Assembly (NCBI GenBank): GCA_041480885.1
Contig: JBGPAT010000001.1
Span: 1-31,530, forward strand
Source: Anaerolineae bacterium
Lineage (GTDB): Bacteria > Chloroflexota > Anaerolineae > Anaerolineales > Villigracilaceae
Reading direction: 5' to 3'
DNA length: 31,530 nt
Each line of letters opens with the position of its first letter. The stretch's first letter is position 1. Below are positions 10,235 to 18,935 of the stretch, in pieces. A model generated the notes under the pieces. It worked only from the letters and a program-made list of their open reading frames with translations. It was not told the origin of the DNA and ran no database searches. A program made the translations under genes and the position numbers.

Positions 10235-11383
10235 ATGCGCCTTCTCTTCGTGGCTGATGGACGTTCTCCAATTGCCAGAAACTGGATCATGCACTTTGTC
10301 GAACGCGGCGATGAAGTCTACCTTGCATCCACGTTTGACTGCTCCGTGGATTTCCCCCTGGCAGGACTCGAACTAACGCCGGTTGCTTACAGCGGGATGA
10401 GGAAACGCGGGCAGGGCTCTGCGACGACTGCCGACGCAATTGGTCTGCGAATGGCCATTCGGCATTTCCTGGGCCCCCTGACCATTCGGCGGGCGGCCGA
10501 GAGACTGCGTTCAGTAACAATGCGGGTTCGGCCCGATCTAGTGCACGCGCTGAGGATCCCATATGAGGGTATGCTGGCGGCGGACGCCTACGTGGGGGTG
10601 CCGCTGGTTGCCTCGGTTTGGGGCAATGACTTCACGCTCCACGCCTCGTCCAATTGGCTTATGCGTCACTACACCTCATGGACCCTCCAAGTGGCTCAGG
10701 GGCTTCACGCCGATTGCCAACGCGATATCCGCATGAGCAAAGAGTGGGGTTTTGACCCCGCCAAACCGACTCTGCTCATACCAGGTAATGGCGGCGTGAA
10801 GACGGAGGTTTTCTATGCACCCAGCCGCCCTGTGGATGCACCGATCGTAGTCAACCCTCGGGGGAATCGGGCCTACGTCCGCAACGACGTGTTCTTTCAG
10901 GCAATTCCGATGGTACTGGCGAAGCGGCCAGATGCAAAATTCGTCTGCGTTTCGCAGGAAGGCGAACGAGGAGCGTTGAGGTGGATTCAAAGACTCAATA
11001 TCGCTCATGCAACGGACCTCCTCCCGACGGTACCACATGTAGAAATGGCGAGAATCTTCCGCGGCGCCCAGGTCGTCGTATCGCCCACTGTGCATGATGG
11101 TACCCCCAACTCGTTGCTCGAAGGAATGGCTTGCGGCTGCCTGCCTATCGCGGGCGATCTGGAGTCGATCCGAGAGTGGATCACTCCTGGCCAGAACGGC
11201 TTGCTTGTGGATGCAACCGAGCCCCGGCATCTGGCACGGGCCATTGTTGAAGGATTGGAAAACGCAGACCTGCGGCACAAAGCCGCAGGTCTCAATCGAA
11301 GCATAATCACACAGCGCGCAGACTACGCGCACTGCATGGCTGAGGCCGCGCGGTTCTATCAGCGGGTTATTTCAAGGCAGTAA
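10235..11383 (+). CDS. Glycosyltransferase family 4 (GT-B)
   Basis: DGTPNSLLEGMACGCLPIAGD motif (E-x7-E-like region), ENGLLV-like QNGLLV. Likely start MRLLFVADG. Confidence 0.88.
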   Translation: MRLLFVADGRSPIARNWIMHFVERGDEVYLASTFDCSVDFPLAGLELTPVAYSGMRKRGQGSATTADAIGLRMAIRHFLGPLTIRRAAERLRSVTMRVRPDLVHALRIPYEGMLAADAYVGVPLVASVWGNDFTLHASSNWLMRHYTSWTLQVAQGLHADCQRDIRMSKEWGFDPAKPTLLIPGNGGVKTEVFYAPSRPVDAPIVVNPRGNRAYVRNDVFFQAIPMVLAKRPDAKFVCVSQEGERGALRWIQRLNIAHATDLLPTVPHVEMARIFRGAQVVVSPTVHDGTPNSLLEGMACGCLPIAGDLESIREWITPGQNGLLVDATEPRHLARAIVEGLENADLRHKAAGLNRSIITQRADYAHCMAEAARFYQRVISRQ

Positions 11384-11397
11384 GGCTGCAGGACCAG

Positions 11398-11613
11398 TCA
11401 AGCGCGCGGCGCGCGCAGGGAGTCGAGACGATCCGTCAACTCTATGCGACGGGCCTCGGCCGCGTGGCGCACGTCCGCCACCAGTTCGTCGGCGCGCAGC
11501 CGCAGTTCGCCGCGGAGCTTCTCTCCGGAGTCGGGCGCAAGCAGCAGTGCTACGGTCGAACCAACCAGAGCACCGACCACGATCCCAATCATGAATCCAA
11601 ACATTCGACGCAT
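11398..11613 (-). CDS. YtxH domain-containing protein
   Basis: GFMIGIVVGALVGSTVALLLAPDSGEKLR signature. AGGAG RBS precedes ATG 11613. Confidence 0.85.
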   Translation of the reverse strand: MRRMFGFMIGIVVGALVGSTVALLLAPDSGEKLRGELRLRADELVADVRHAAEARRIELTDRLDSLRAPRA

Positions 11614-11819
11614 AGCCCTCTCCTGAGTTCGAAGCCGTGAACGGGGGCGCGGCCGAAAGCTCACCCGACGCCCCGACATGCCAGACACGATCCTGAGGCA
11701 AAGTCATTATAGGCGAAAAGAGGGTTTTGTGGAATAATTGCAGTGCCGCGCGCCTCATACTTGCCAGCTCTCATGAACGCGACGGTGCATTGACCCATCA
11801 GGCTGTACAGGCGGCGACC

Positions 11820-11845
11820 GGGGGAGACCGCAATTAACGGCCCCT
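11820..11845 (+). promoter_or_regulatory. Bulged hairpin in panB leader (candidate pan-motif-like RNA)
   Basis: GGGG-AGA-CCG-CAATTAA-CGG-CCCC about 20 nt before the panB start. Identity as the pan motif is not verified. Confidence 0.3.
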
Positions 11846-11864
11846 ACCTTTGTTGGAGGGTACC

Positions 11865-12767
11865 ATGTCCACCACTGTTCCTGCGATTCAAACTGCCGCT
11901 GTCGGTTCCGCCGCGCCTCAACGCAAGAAAGTCACGGTCTCGACCCTTCGCCAGAAGAAAGAACGAGCGGAGCCGATCACGATGTTAACAGCCTATGACT
12001 ATCCCACCGCCATGGCCGAAGATTGGGCAGGCATTGATGCCATCCTCGTAGGCGATTCACTGGGGATGGTAGTGCTCGGCTACCAGAATACTCTGCCTGT
12101 CACCATGGAGGAGATGCTTCATCATTCGCGGGCCGTGGCTCGCGGTGCCAGGTATGCACTTCTCATCGGTGACCTGCCGTTCATGTCATACCAGGTCTCA
12201 ACCGAGTCAGCGGTTCGTAACGCCGGGCGATTTCTGCAGGAGGGCGGCATGGAGGCCGTAAAGCTTGAGGGTGGTCGCGAGCGCATCGACGCTGTTCGAG
12301 CCATCGTCGGAGCGGGGATTCCCGTGATGGGTCATCTAGGGCTGACACCCCAGTCCATAAATCAGCTCGGGGGGTTCCGCCCACAAGGCCGGACCGCCTC
12401 CAGTGCCAAGCGCCTATTTGAAGACGCGCTGCTACTGGAGCAAGCCGGATGCTTCTGCCTCGTCCTCGAATCCGTTCCGGCTCGCCTGGCGGAGCTTGTA
12501 TCTAAGAGACTGTCCATTCCCACCATTGGCATCGGCGCAGGCATTGGCTGTGACGGGCAAGTGCTGGTCACGCATGACCTGCTTGGCCTATTCGACCGCT
12601 TTACGCCTAGATTCGTCAAGAAGTATGCCGATTTCCATGGCGAGATGCAGCGTGCCTTTGGGGAATACGCTGCGGACGTCCGCAACCGTTCATTTCCTGC
12701 TCTGGAACATTCTGTGGAGATGGACGATACCGAGTGGGACGAATTGATGAAGCAATTGCCGGGGTAG
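11865..12767 (+). CDS. panB: 3-methyl-2-oxobutanoate hydroxymethyltransferase
   Basis: MLTAYDY, ILVGDSLGMV, GDLPF, VKLEGG, GHLGLTPQS and GQVLVTHDLLG motifs. GGAGG RBS precedes 11865. Confidence 0.97.
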   Translation: MSTTVPAIQTAAVGSAAPQRKKVTVSTLRQKKERAEPITMLTAYDYPTAMAEDWAGIDAILVGDSLGMVVLGYQNTLPVTMEEMLHHSRAVARGARYALLIGDLPFMSYQVSTESAVRNAGRFLQEGGMEAVKLEGGRERIDAVRAIVGAGIPVMGHLGLTPQSINQLGGFRPQGRTASSAKRLFEDALLLEQAGCFCLVLESVPARLAELVSKRLSIPTIGIGAGIGCDGQVLVTHDLLGLFDRFTPRFVKKYADFHGEMQRAFGEYAADVRNRSFPALEHSVEMDDTEWDELMKQLPG

Positions 12768-12793
12768 ATCGACACCCCGGGACCTCGACATAA

Positions 12794-13747
12794 ATGCACC
12801 CGCAAAGCGGTTCCCACTTCAGCAGCGTCCTCATTGCAGGCACGGGAGCAATGGCCACGCTCTTTGCGGCACGTCTGGCACGTGCCGGAATAACCGTTTC
12901 GATGCTTGGCGCCTGGCCGGGTGGCTTGAAAGCGCTGCGTGACAACGGCGCGCGACTCGTGGATTCGGCCGGTCATGAGCAGAGCTTTTCCGTGTTCGCG
13001 ACCAGCGATCCTCGTGCTTGCCAGGGAGCCAGACATGCTCTGGTGCTGGTCAAGTCGTGGCAGACGGACAGGGTCGCGCACCAGCTTGCGGATTGTCTGG
13101 CCGACGACGGACTGGTAGTTACCTTGCAGAATGGGCTCGGAAATCGCGAGACCCTTGCAGCCAGCGTGGGTGAGGCACGTGTTGTTTTGGGTTCCACCAC
13201 GACGGGCGCCACGCGGCTCGGGCCGGGACTCGTCAAAGCCGGGGGCGAAGGGATCATCTCGCTCGAACACCACGAAGGCCTTGGGCCTCTCAAAGAGGCG
13301 CTGGAGTCCGCGGGCTTCAGAGTGGAGCTGATCAAGGATGCGCGTTCGCTCCTCTGGAACAAGCTCCTGATCAGTTCCGCCATCAATCCATTGACGGCGC
13401 TCTTGCGGATCTCCAACGGGCAGCTCCTGGAGCGGCCGACGGCACGGGCACTGCTTCACGCCTTGGCTGAAGAGACGGCCGCGGTGGCCTTAGCGGAAAA
13501 GGCCACGCTGTCACCCGGTGCACCCGCAGCAATCGTCGAAGATATCGCCCTAAGGACAGCCGCCAATCATTCGTCCATGTTTCAGGATATTCAGCGCGGC
13601 GCCCCGACCGAGATCGATGCCATTTGCGGCGCCGTGGCCCGCGCTGGAGAACGCCACGGCATTCCCACGCCGATCAATCTGGCCTGCTGGCAATTGGTGT
13701 CGGCTCTTGCACCGACGCCGCGCGACAATGATGATCGCCGTCCATGA
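12794..13747 (+). CDS. panE: 2-dehydropantoate 2-reductase
   Basis: IAGTGAMA, LVKSWQ, TLQNGLGN, WNKL, SSMFQD and TEIDAICG motifs. Lies next to panB. Confidence 0.9.
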   Translation: MHPQSGSHFSSVLIAGTGAMATLFAARLARAGITVSMLGAWPGGLKALRDNGARLVDSAGHEQSFSVFATSDPRACQGARHALVLVKSWQTDRVAHQLADCLADDGLVVTLQNGLGNRETLAASVGEARVVLGSTTTGATRLGPGLVKAGGEGIISLEHHEGLGPLKEALESAGFRVELIKDARSLLWNKLLISSAINPLTALLRISNGQLLERPTARALLHALAEETAAVALAEKATLSPGAPAAIVEDIALRTAANHSSMFQDIQRGAPTEIDAICGAVARAGERHGIPTPINLACWQLVSALAPTPRDNDDRRP

Positions 13748-13873
13748 GCAGTACAACGTCCCGCACGGGCACCCAAGATGCCACGGGTGACATCGGATGG
13801 ACGGTTAGAGGGCCGCCGCGGGAGCCCATTTAGCGGCATGGTAAGATTCAACCCAGTCATGCGGGAGGGATCT

Positions 13874-14776
13874 ATGCACAGGTGGCTCTCACTGATTCTG
13901 CTCGGCGCTGCTTTCTTTTTTCCGCTGCAGGCCCGCGCCCAGAGCCCGACCACCCTGACCAGTCTCAAGGTAGAGTTATGGCCGGAGTACGACCAGCCAA
14001 GTATGCTGGTGATCTACGACTTTAAGCTACCGGATAGCCTCAAGCTGCCTGTGAACATCTCCGTACGGTTCCCCAAAGACGCGAACTTGATTGCCGTTGC
14101 CTCTCAGACGACGGATGGCTCCCTTCTCAACACGGACTACGTGGGACCATCCGTAGGCGATACTTGGCAAACCGTCACGGTCCAGATCCAAACACAGGCC
14201 ACGTATCACATGGAATACTATGAACCGCTGGCCAAGCAAGGGAAGGTGCGGCAGTTCTCATACTTGTGGCCGGGCGATTACGCGATCAATGACTTCAGCG
14301 TTAGCGTGCGCATTCCCATTGACACAAGCAATTTCACGACCAATCCGGTTTTGGAGGCAATCCAGAGCTCAGACGGTACGCCTTATCTCGCGAAAGATTT
14401 TGGGCCGCTACGGGCGGGGCAGCAATGGCCACTGCAACTCACATACACAAAGACCTCCGAGACTCTCGCGGCCTCCCAACAGCATCTCCAGCCGTCCCAG
14501 CCGCTCGGCGCCAACACGCCGGGACGAGTGATGTTGAGCAACTATCTACCCTATGTGCTCGGTGCCCTCGGTTTCGCATTGATCATCGGCGGATCTATTT
14601 ATTTCTGGCAGTCAAGCCGAGGGCGGAGGCTGCACGGCGGCGGTCGCCAGCGCCACGGTGGCCCCAAAGAAGAACCAATCGACGGCGAATTCTATTGTCA
14701 TCAGTGTGGCACGCGTGCGCAGATGACGGACCACTTCTGCCGCGTGTGTGGCGCCAAACTGAAGCTGCCAGAATAA
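13874..14776 (+). CDS. Single-pass membrane protein with exported domain and cytoplasmic zinc ribbon
   Basis: Signal peptide (MHRWLSLILLG..AQA), TM helix YVLGALGFALIIGGSIYFW, C-terminal CHQCG..CRVCG. GGAGG RBS. Confidence 0.75.
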   Translation: MHRWLSLILLGAAFFFPLQARAQSPTTLTSLKVELWPEYDQPSMLVIYDFKLPDSLKLPVNISVRFPKDANLIAVASQTTDGSLLNTDYVGPSVGDTWQTVTVQIQTQATYHMEYYEPLAKQGKVRQFSYLWPGDYAINDFSVSVRIPIDTSNFTTNPVLEAIQSSDGTPYLAKDFGPLRAGQQWPLQLTYTKTSETLAASQQHLQPSQPLGANTPGRVMLSNYLPYVLGALGFALIIGGSIYFWQSSRGRRLHGGGRQRHGGPKEEPIDGEFYCHQCGTRAQMTDHFCRVCGAKLKLPE

Positions 14777-14885
14777 TGTTTCGGCCGCATTTCGCTTGCG
14801 CATACTGGATCAGTTCGCGAAGGCCTATGTCCGACCGTTCGGGAGGGGGCACTGGCACTAACGGGCGGCCGCTGGGGAATAGATC

Positions 14886-16385
14886 GTGCAGATTCTGACC
14901 ATCATTAGCATCTATTTCTTCTATGGTTTGGCCTTTTTTAGCATGGGTTTGTTGGTTGCCATGGAAGGCGGCCGCTCATCGGACCAGCGCGTCCGCAAGG
15001 CATTGCGGCCCCTTGCAGGATTCGGTCTCGTGCACGCAACGCACGAGTGGATTGAGATGTTCAGATACATCAGCGTCCTCAGCGGGCAGGAGTTCCCCCC
15101 AGCCTTGCAGGTGCTGAGGCTTTCCACTTTGGCCTTCTCGTTCCTCTCACTCGCCGCCTTCGGCAGTTTCCTGTTGGCAAAGGACGAGATCGCCCAGCGC
15201 GTGAGCCTCATGGCACCGCTGGGCTTGGAGGCCATTTGGGTGTTTGGCCTGCTCAATCTTAAGGGCTCGGTCGCGCCGGCCTCTCTATCCAGCGTCGTGG
15301 ACGTGTGGACGCGCTATTCACTGGCCATTCCGGCGAACATTCTGGCGGCGGTCGGGCTGATTGCGCAGCAGCGGGCTTTTCGCCAGGTAGGTCTCGTCCG
15401 GTTTGGGCAAGACGCCCTGTGGGCTGCCGTCGCATTCCTTTGGTACGGCATTTTTGGGCAGGTGTTCGCCAACGTAAGTGTTCTGCCGCCATCAGATGTC
15501 ATCAATGAGGGCCTCTTCCTTCGCCTGTTCGGCTTCCCCGTGCAGTTGCTGCGCGCAATTTCCGCCGCCGTCGCCTCGTTCTATGTGATCCGCTTCTTGC
15601 ATGCATTTCAGGTGGAAACCGAGCAGAAGATTGCAGACTTGCAGGTCGACCGTCTCAAGGAATCGCAGCAGCGTGAGGCGTTACGAGGAGAATTGTTTCG
15701 ACGCGTGGTGGCGGCGCAGGAAGCCGAACGGCAGCGCATGGCACGCGATCTCCACGACGAGACCGGCCAAGCACTAACGGCCATTGGCCTGGGGCTGCGC
15801 GGCTTGGAGTCACGACTGGCGCAGAGTCCAAAGCAGGCGGCCGCTACGCTGCATGAGCTGCAATCACTCACCGCGGAATCCCTCAAGGAACTTCAGCGGT
15901 TGATGGCTGACCTGCGGCCCTCCCATCTCGACGACCTGGGCTTGTCGGCCGCGCTGCGCTGGTACGCAGGCAAGATGGAGGAACGATATCCGCTCAAGAT
16001 CAAGCTGGATATTTCGGGCCGCGAACAAGTCCTCGACGACGCCGCGAAAATTGCCAGCTTCCGGATCATCCAGGAGGCCCTTAACAACGTGGTGAGGCAT
16101 GCCGAGGCGAAGAGCGCAAGAATCACACTGGAGTTCGCCGACAAGGGCATGCATATGAGCATCAGCGATGACGGAACTGGATTTGACCTGGAACGCGTGC
16201 AGAAGCTGCGAACCTCCGGCAGGCCGTCGCTGGGGCTGGCAGGGATGCAGGAGCGCGCCGCCCTGCTGGGAGGCGCCGTGACGATACAGTCGAAGCCCGG
16301 CCAGGGGACTCTGATCGAGGGGTTTGTCCCGTACCATGCTGAAGTCGAGGAGGAAAATGGCCACACGCCTGCTGCTGGTGGATGA
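14886..16385 (+). CDS. Membrane sensor histidine kinase (HisKA_3, NarX/LiaS class)
   Basis: Multi-TM N-terminus, ERQRMARDLHDETGQ H-box, QEALNNVVRHA N-box, DDGTGFD and GLAGMQERA. Confidence 0.93.
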   Translation: MQILTIISIYFFYGLAFFSMGLLVAMEGGRSSDQRVRKALRPLAGFGLVHATHEWIEMFRYISVLSGQEFPPALQVLRLSTLAFSFLSLAAFGSFLLAKDEIAQRVSLMAPLGLEAIWVFGLLNLKGSVAPASLSSVVDVWTRYSLAIPANILAAVGLIAQQRAFRQVGLVRFGQDALWAAVAFLWYGIFGQVFANVSVLPPSDVINEGLFLRLFGFPVQLLRAISAAVASFYVIRFLHAFQVETEQKIADLQVDRLKESQQREALRGELFRRVVAAQEAERQRMARDLHDETGQALTAIGLGLRGLESRLAQSPKQAAATLHELQSLTAESLKELQRLMADLRPSHLDDLGLSAALRWYAGKMEERYPLKIKLDISGREQVLDDAAKIASFRIIQEALNNVVRHAEAKSARITLEFADKGMHMSISDDGTGFDLERVQKLRTSGRPSLGLAGMQERAALLGGAVTIQSKPGQGTLIEGFVPYHAEVEEENGHTPAAGG

Positions 16386-17007
16386 CCACGCCGTGGTTCG
16401 TTCGGGGCTCAGGATGCTGCTCAGTTCGGAAAGCGACGTCGAGATTGTGGGTGAGGCCAGCACTGCGCGGGAGGCCATCGAGATTGCGGACGCGGTCAGG
16501 CCGGATGTAGTTCTGATGGACATCGGCTTGCCGGATCTTTCCGGGATCGACGCCACGCGGGAAATCAAGAAGCGCTTCCCCGACGTGGCCGTTGTTGCCC
16601 TGACTATTCACGAGGACGAGGAGTATTTTTTCAAGATGCTGGAAGCCGGCGCCTCCGGCTACGTGCCAAAACGCGCCGCGCCAGAAGAGCTCCTGACCGC
16701 CGTACGCGCTGCGGCTACTGGCGAGGTCTACCTCTATCCATCGCTGGCGAAGCTTCTGGTGACAGACTACTTGAATCAAGAGCACCCCGGAGAGGAAAAA
16801 ATCAACCTCGATGGGTTGACCGCTCGTGAACGTGAGGTGCTGACATATCTGGCAGAAGGCACCAGCAACGATGAGATAGCAGTCTCGCTGGTGATTAGTC
16901 CGAAGACGGTTGAGCGACACCGGGAAAACATCATGCGTAAGCTGAACCTGCACTCGAGGTCGGAATTGGTGCGATATGCGATCAGGAGGGGAATAATCCA
17001 AGCATAG
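16357..17007 (+). CDS. NarL/LuxR-family response regulator
   Basis: LLLVDDHAVVR, VLMDIGLP, and LTAREREVL..SPKTVERHRENIMRKL HTH. AGGAGG RBS precedes 16357. Overlaps the kinase 3' end. Confidence 0.94.
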   Translation: MATRLLLVDDHAVVRSGLRMLLSSESDVEIVGEASTAREAIEIADAVRPDVVLMDIGLPDLSGIDATREIKKRFPDVAVVALTIHEDEEYFFKMLEAGASGYVPKRAAPEELLTAVRAAATGEVYLYPSLAKLLVTDYLNQEHPGEEKINLDGLTAREREVLTYLAEGTSNDEIAVSLVISPKTVERHRENIMRKLNLHSRSELVRYAIRRGIIQA

Positions 17008-17219
17008 AAGAACGGGAGACGGTGATCGGAGGCGAGCGGGTGCCCGGTTGACGCGCGCTCCATGCTTGAAGGGCTGCGCGGCATCCTGCCGACTAGCTAG
17101 CTGGGGGGCATCAACCAGAACCGGCAGAACCGTTGACCCGGTCGAGCTGCCTGGGCCAAGATCCTGTCGGTGGCCGTTGGCCTCACTCCGTCCAGATTCC
17201 ATAGTGCGCTTCGCAGTTG

Positions 17220-17273
17220 ACAAGCGCGAGAGCCTCCCGTCGCCTGCAGGCGACGGGAGGCTCTCGCGCTTGT
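17220..17273. repeat. Perfect 54-bp palindrome with no spacer
   Basis: ACAAGCGCGAGAGCCTCCCGTCGCCTG|CAGGCGACGGGAGGCTCTCGCGCTTGT. Confidence 0.9.
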
Positions 17274-17477
17274 GGGGCAAATCCCCCATCCATGAGCAGT
17301 TTGTGTGGGGGCAAAGCAGCAGAGGAGTTATCTGAAACCACCGCACAAAGCCATCTAATAGTTGGGGGATCCTACGAATTTACGGCGCAGGCCTATCCAC
17401 GTACACTGTAGTCAAGAAGATTCCCAGTCCTTCCGCTTTCACAGGAAATGGAATGCGGCAGGGAAAAGGAGAATGTC

Positions 17478-17600
17478 ATGGACGCCCTTCAGGTACTCCT
17501 CACGCTCATCTTTGTGCGGGTGATCCTCCCGATTTGCCTGCTGCTCACGATCGGCGAATGGGCTAAGAGTCGCGGCCGCCAAGCTCATTATCGAATGTGA
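17478..17600 (+). CDS. 40-aa small membrane protein (not in ORF track)
   Basis: AAGGAG RBS, then MDALQVLLTLIFVRVILPICLLLTIGEWAKSRGRQAHYRM*. One TM helix, first gene of the + strand cytochrome run. Confidence 0.65.
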   Translation: MDALQVLLTLIFVRVILPICLLLTIGEWAKSRGRQAHYRM

Positions 17601-17608
17601 GGTGGATC

Positions 17609-17935
17609 ATGAATGACGCCGCTGGTTTGCTCGCCGTTCTGGCCGGCTTTGTGGTGCGCCTCTCCATACCGATTCTGGTAACAGCGCTGGCCGTTCACTT
17701 CCTGCGCAAGCTGGACGCGTACTGGCAAACCGAGGCAACAGCTGGGCCACTGAATGTTGAGAAGCCGCAGTGTTGGAAAGTGCAAGGCTGCTCGCCTGCG
17801 AAACGAAAGGGCTGCCTCGGCTTCAAATCACCCTTGCCGTGTTGGCAGGCCCTTCGCCAGCCGAATGGCTACCTCACTCCGCAGTGCCTGGCCTGCAGAG
17901 TCTTTCTTCAGGCGCCGTTGCCGGCGCACGCATAG
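17609..17935 (+). CDS. Membrane-anchored Cys-rich protein (two-CW-like)
   Basis: GAGGTG RBS, N-terminal TM helix, then CW-x4-C-x7-C-x8-CW-x13-C-x2-C (6 Cys). Confidence 0.7.
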   Translation: MNDAAGLLAVLAGFVVRLSIPILVTALAVHFLRKLDAYWQTEATAGPLNVEKPQCWKVQGCSPAKRKGCLGFKSPLPCWQALRQPNGYLTPQCLACRVFLQAPLPAHA

Positions 17936-17960
17936 TTGAATCGTTTGAGGAGGTGCAAGG

Positions 17961-18935
17961 ATGTCTTCTCGTGTCTACCGCCTTTTGATTGCGCTGATGT
18001 TTGCTCTGTTCGCGGCAGGCGCAACGTTACTGCTGGCGCGAGCGCAGGAGGGAACACCCGTCTCCCCCACGCAACCAGCCGCGCACGCGCCCGCCTGCGT
18101 CGCGTGCCACACCGAGTTCGCCACCGAATGGCAGAAAGGCCCGCACGGCCAAGCAGTGAGCGATCCAAAATTCGTCGATGAGTGGACTAAGCAGGGCAAG
18201 CCCGGTGCCTGTCTGGTTTGTCACGTCACAAACTATGATCCGGCAACGGGTACCTGGCTGGAGGATGGGGTCGCCTGCGAGGCGTGCCATGGGCCGCTGA
18301 AGGACGGCCATCCAAAGACCCCAATGCCCGTGGACCGCTCGCCCGAGCTTTGCGGCCGCTGTCACAGCGATGCGCGCTTCGGCTGGCAGGCATGGCAGGC
18401 AAGCGCGCACTTCCAGCGCGGTATGAACTGCACCACTTGTCATGATCCGCACAGTGCATCGCTGAAGGTCGTCGCCCCGCGGGACGGGAGTGCACAATAC
18501 AGCGACGCCTCGCAGTTGTGTGTCAACTGCCATAAAGACGTGAGCATGAACTTCCCTTACTCACAGCACCACCAGCGCGGTGTCTCATGCATAGACTGCC
18601 ACGTAACCCATACCGTGACGACCTCAGCCACGGCGCACACGATTCCGGGTCATTCCTTCAAGGCAAACCTTGATAGTTGCAACAAATGCCACTCTGATCA
18701 AATGCACACTGCCGCTTCGGCGTCATCCGCAAGCCAGCCGCAGACCTCCACGACTTCTGTCCCCGTGCAAATTGAGCAAGCCGGATTGGCAGCCCAGCCC
18801 AGCCCTGTTAGTCCCATCGGCTTCGCGGGTCTGGCTGCCCTAATCGGCCTTGCCGGTGGCATGGTGATGGCCCCTTGGCTTGAGAAGTGGTACGCTCGCC
18901 TGGTGAAGCACAATCGCGGAGGCGGGGATGACTAA
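17961..18935 (+). CDS. Octaheme cytochrome c, signal peptide and C-terminal membrane anchor
   Basis: 8 CXXCH motifs (CVACH, CLVCH, CEACH, CGRCH, CTTCH, CVNCH, CIDCH, CNKCH) and a C-terminal hydrophobic helix. Confidence 0.92.
   Translation: MSSRVYRLLIALMFALFAAGATLLLARAQEGTPVSPTQPAAHAPACVACHTEFATEWQKGPHGQAVSDPKFVDEWTKQGKPGACLVCHVTNYDPATGTWLEDGVACEACHGPLKDGHPKTPMPVDRSPELCGRCHSDARFGWQAWQASAHFQRGMNCTTCHDPHSASLKVVAPRDGSAQYSDASQLCVNCHKDVSMNFPYSQHHQRGVSCIDCHVTHTVTTSATAHTIPGHSFKANLDSCNKCHSDQMHTAASASSASQPQTSTTSVPVQIEQAGLAAQPSPVSPIGFAGLAALIGLAGGMVMAPWLEKWYARLVKHNRGGGDD

Noticed and set aside
12362-13459. 365-aa ORF antisense to panB/panE
   Set aside because: Overlaps two confidently assigned genes and has no recognisable motif.
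17273-17320. Possible c-di-GMP-I/cGAMP (GEMM) riboswitch from GGCAAA...GCAAAGC
   Set aside because: Lacks the GNRA-capped P stem and the GAC before GCAAA, and no clear second stem with tetraloop receptor. Kept only as a repeat observation.
16162-17346. 394-aa antisense ORF over the response regulator, and 95-aa ORF 17048-17335
   Set aside because: The first is a shadow of the regulator. The second runs through the 54-bp palindrome with no RBS or protein-like features.
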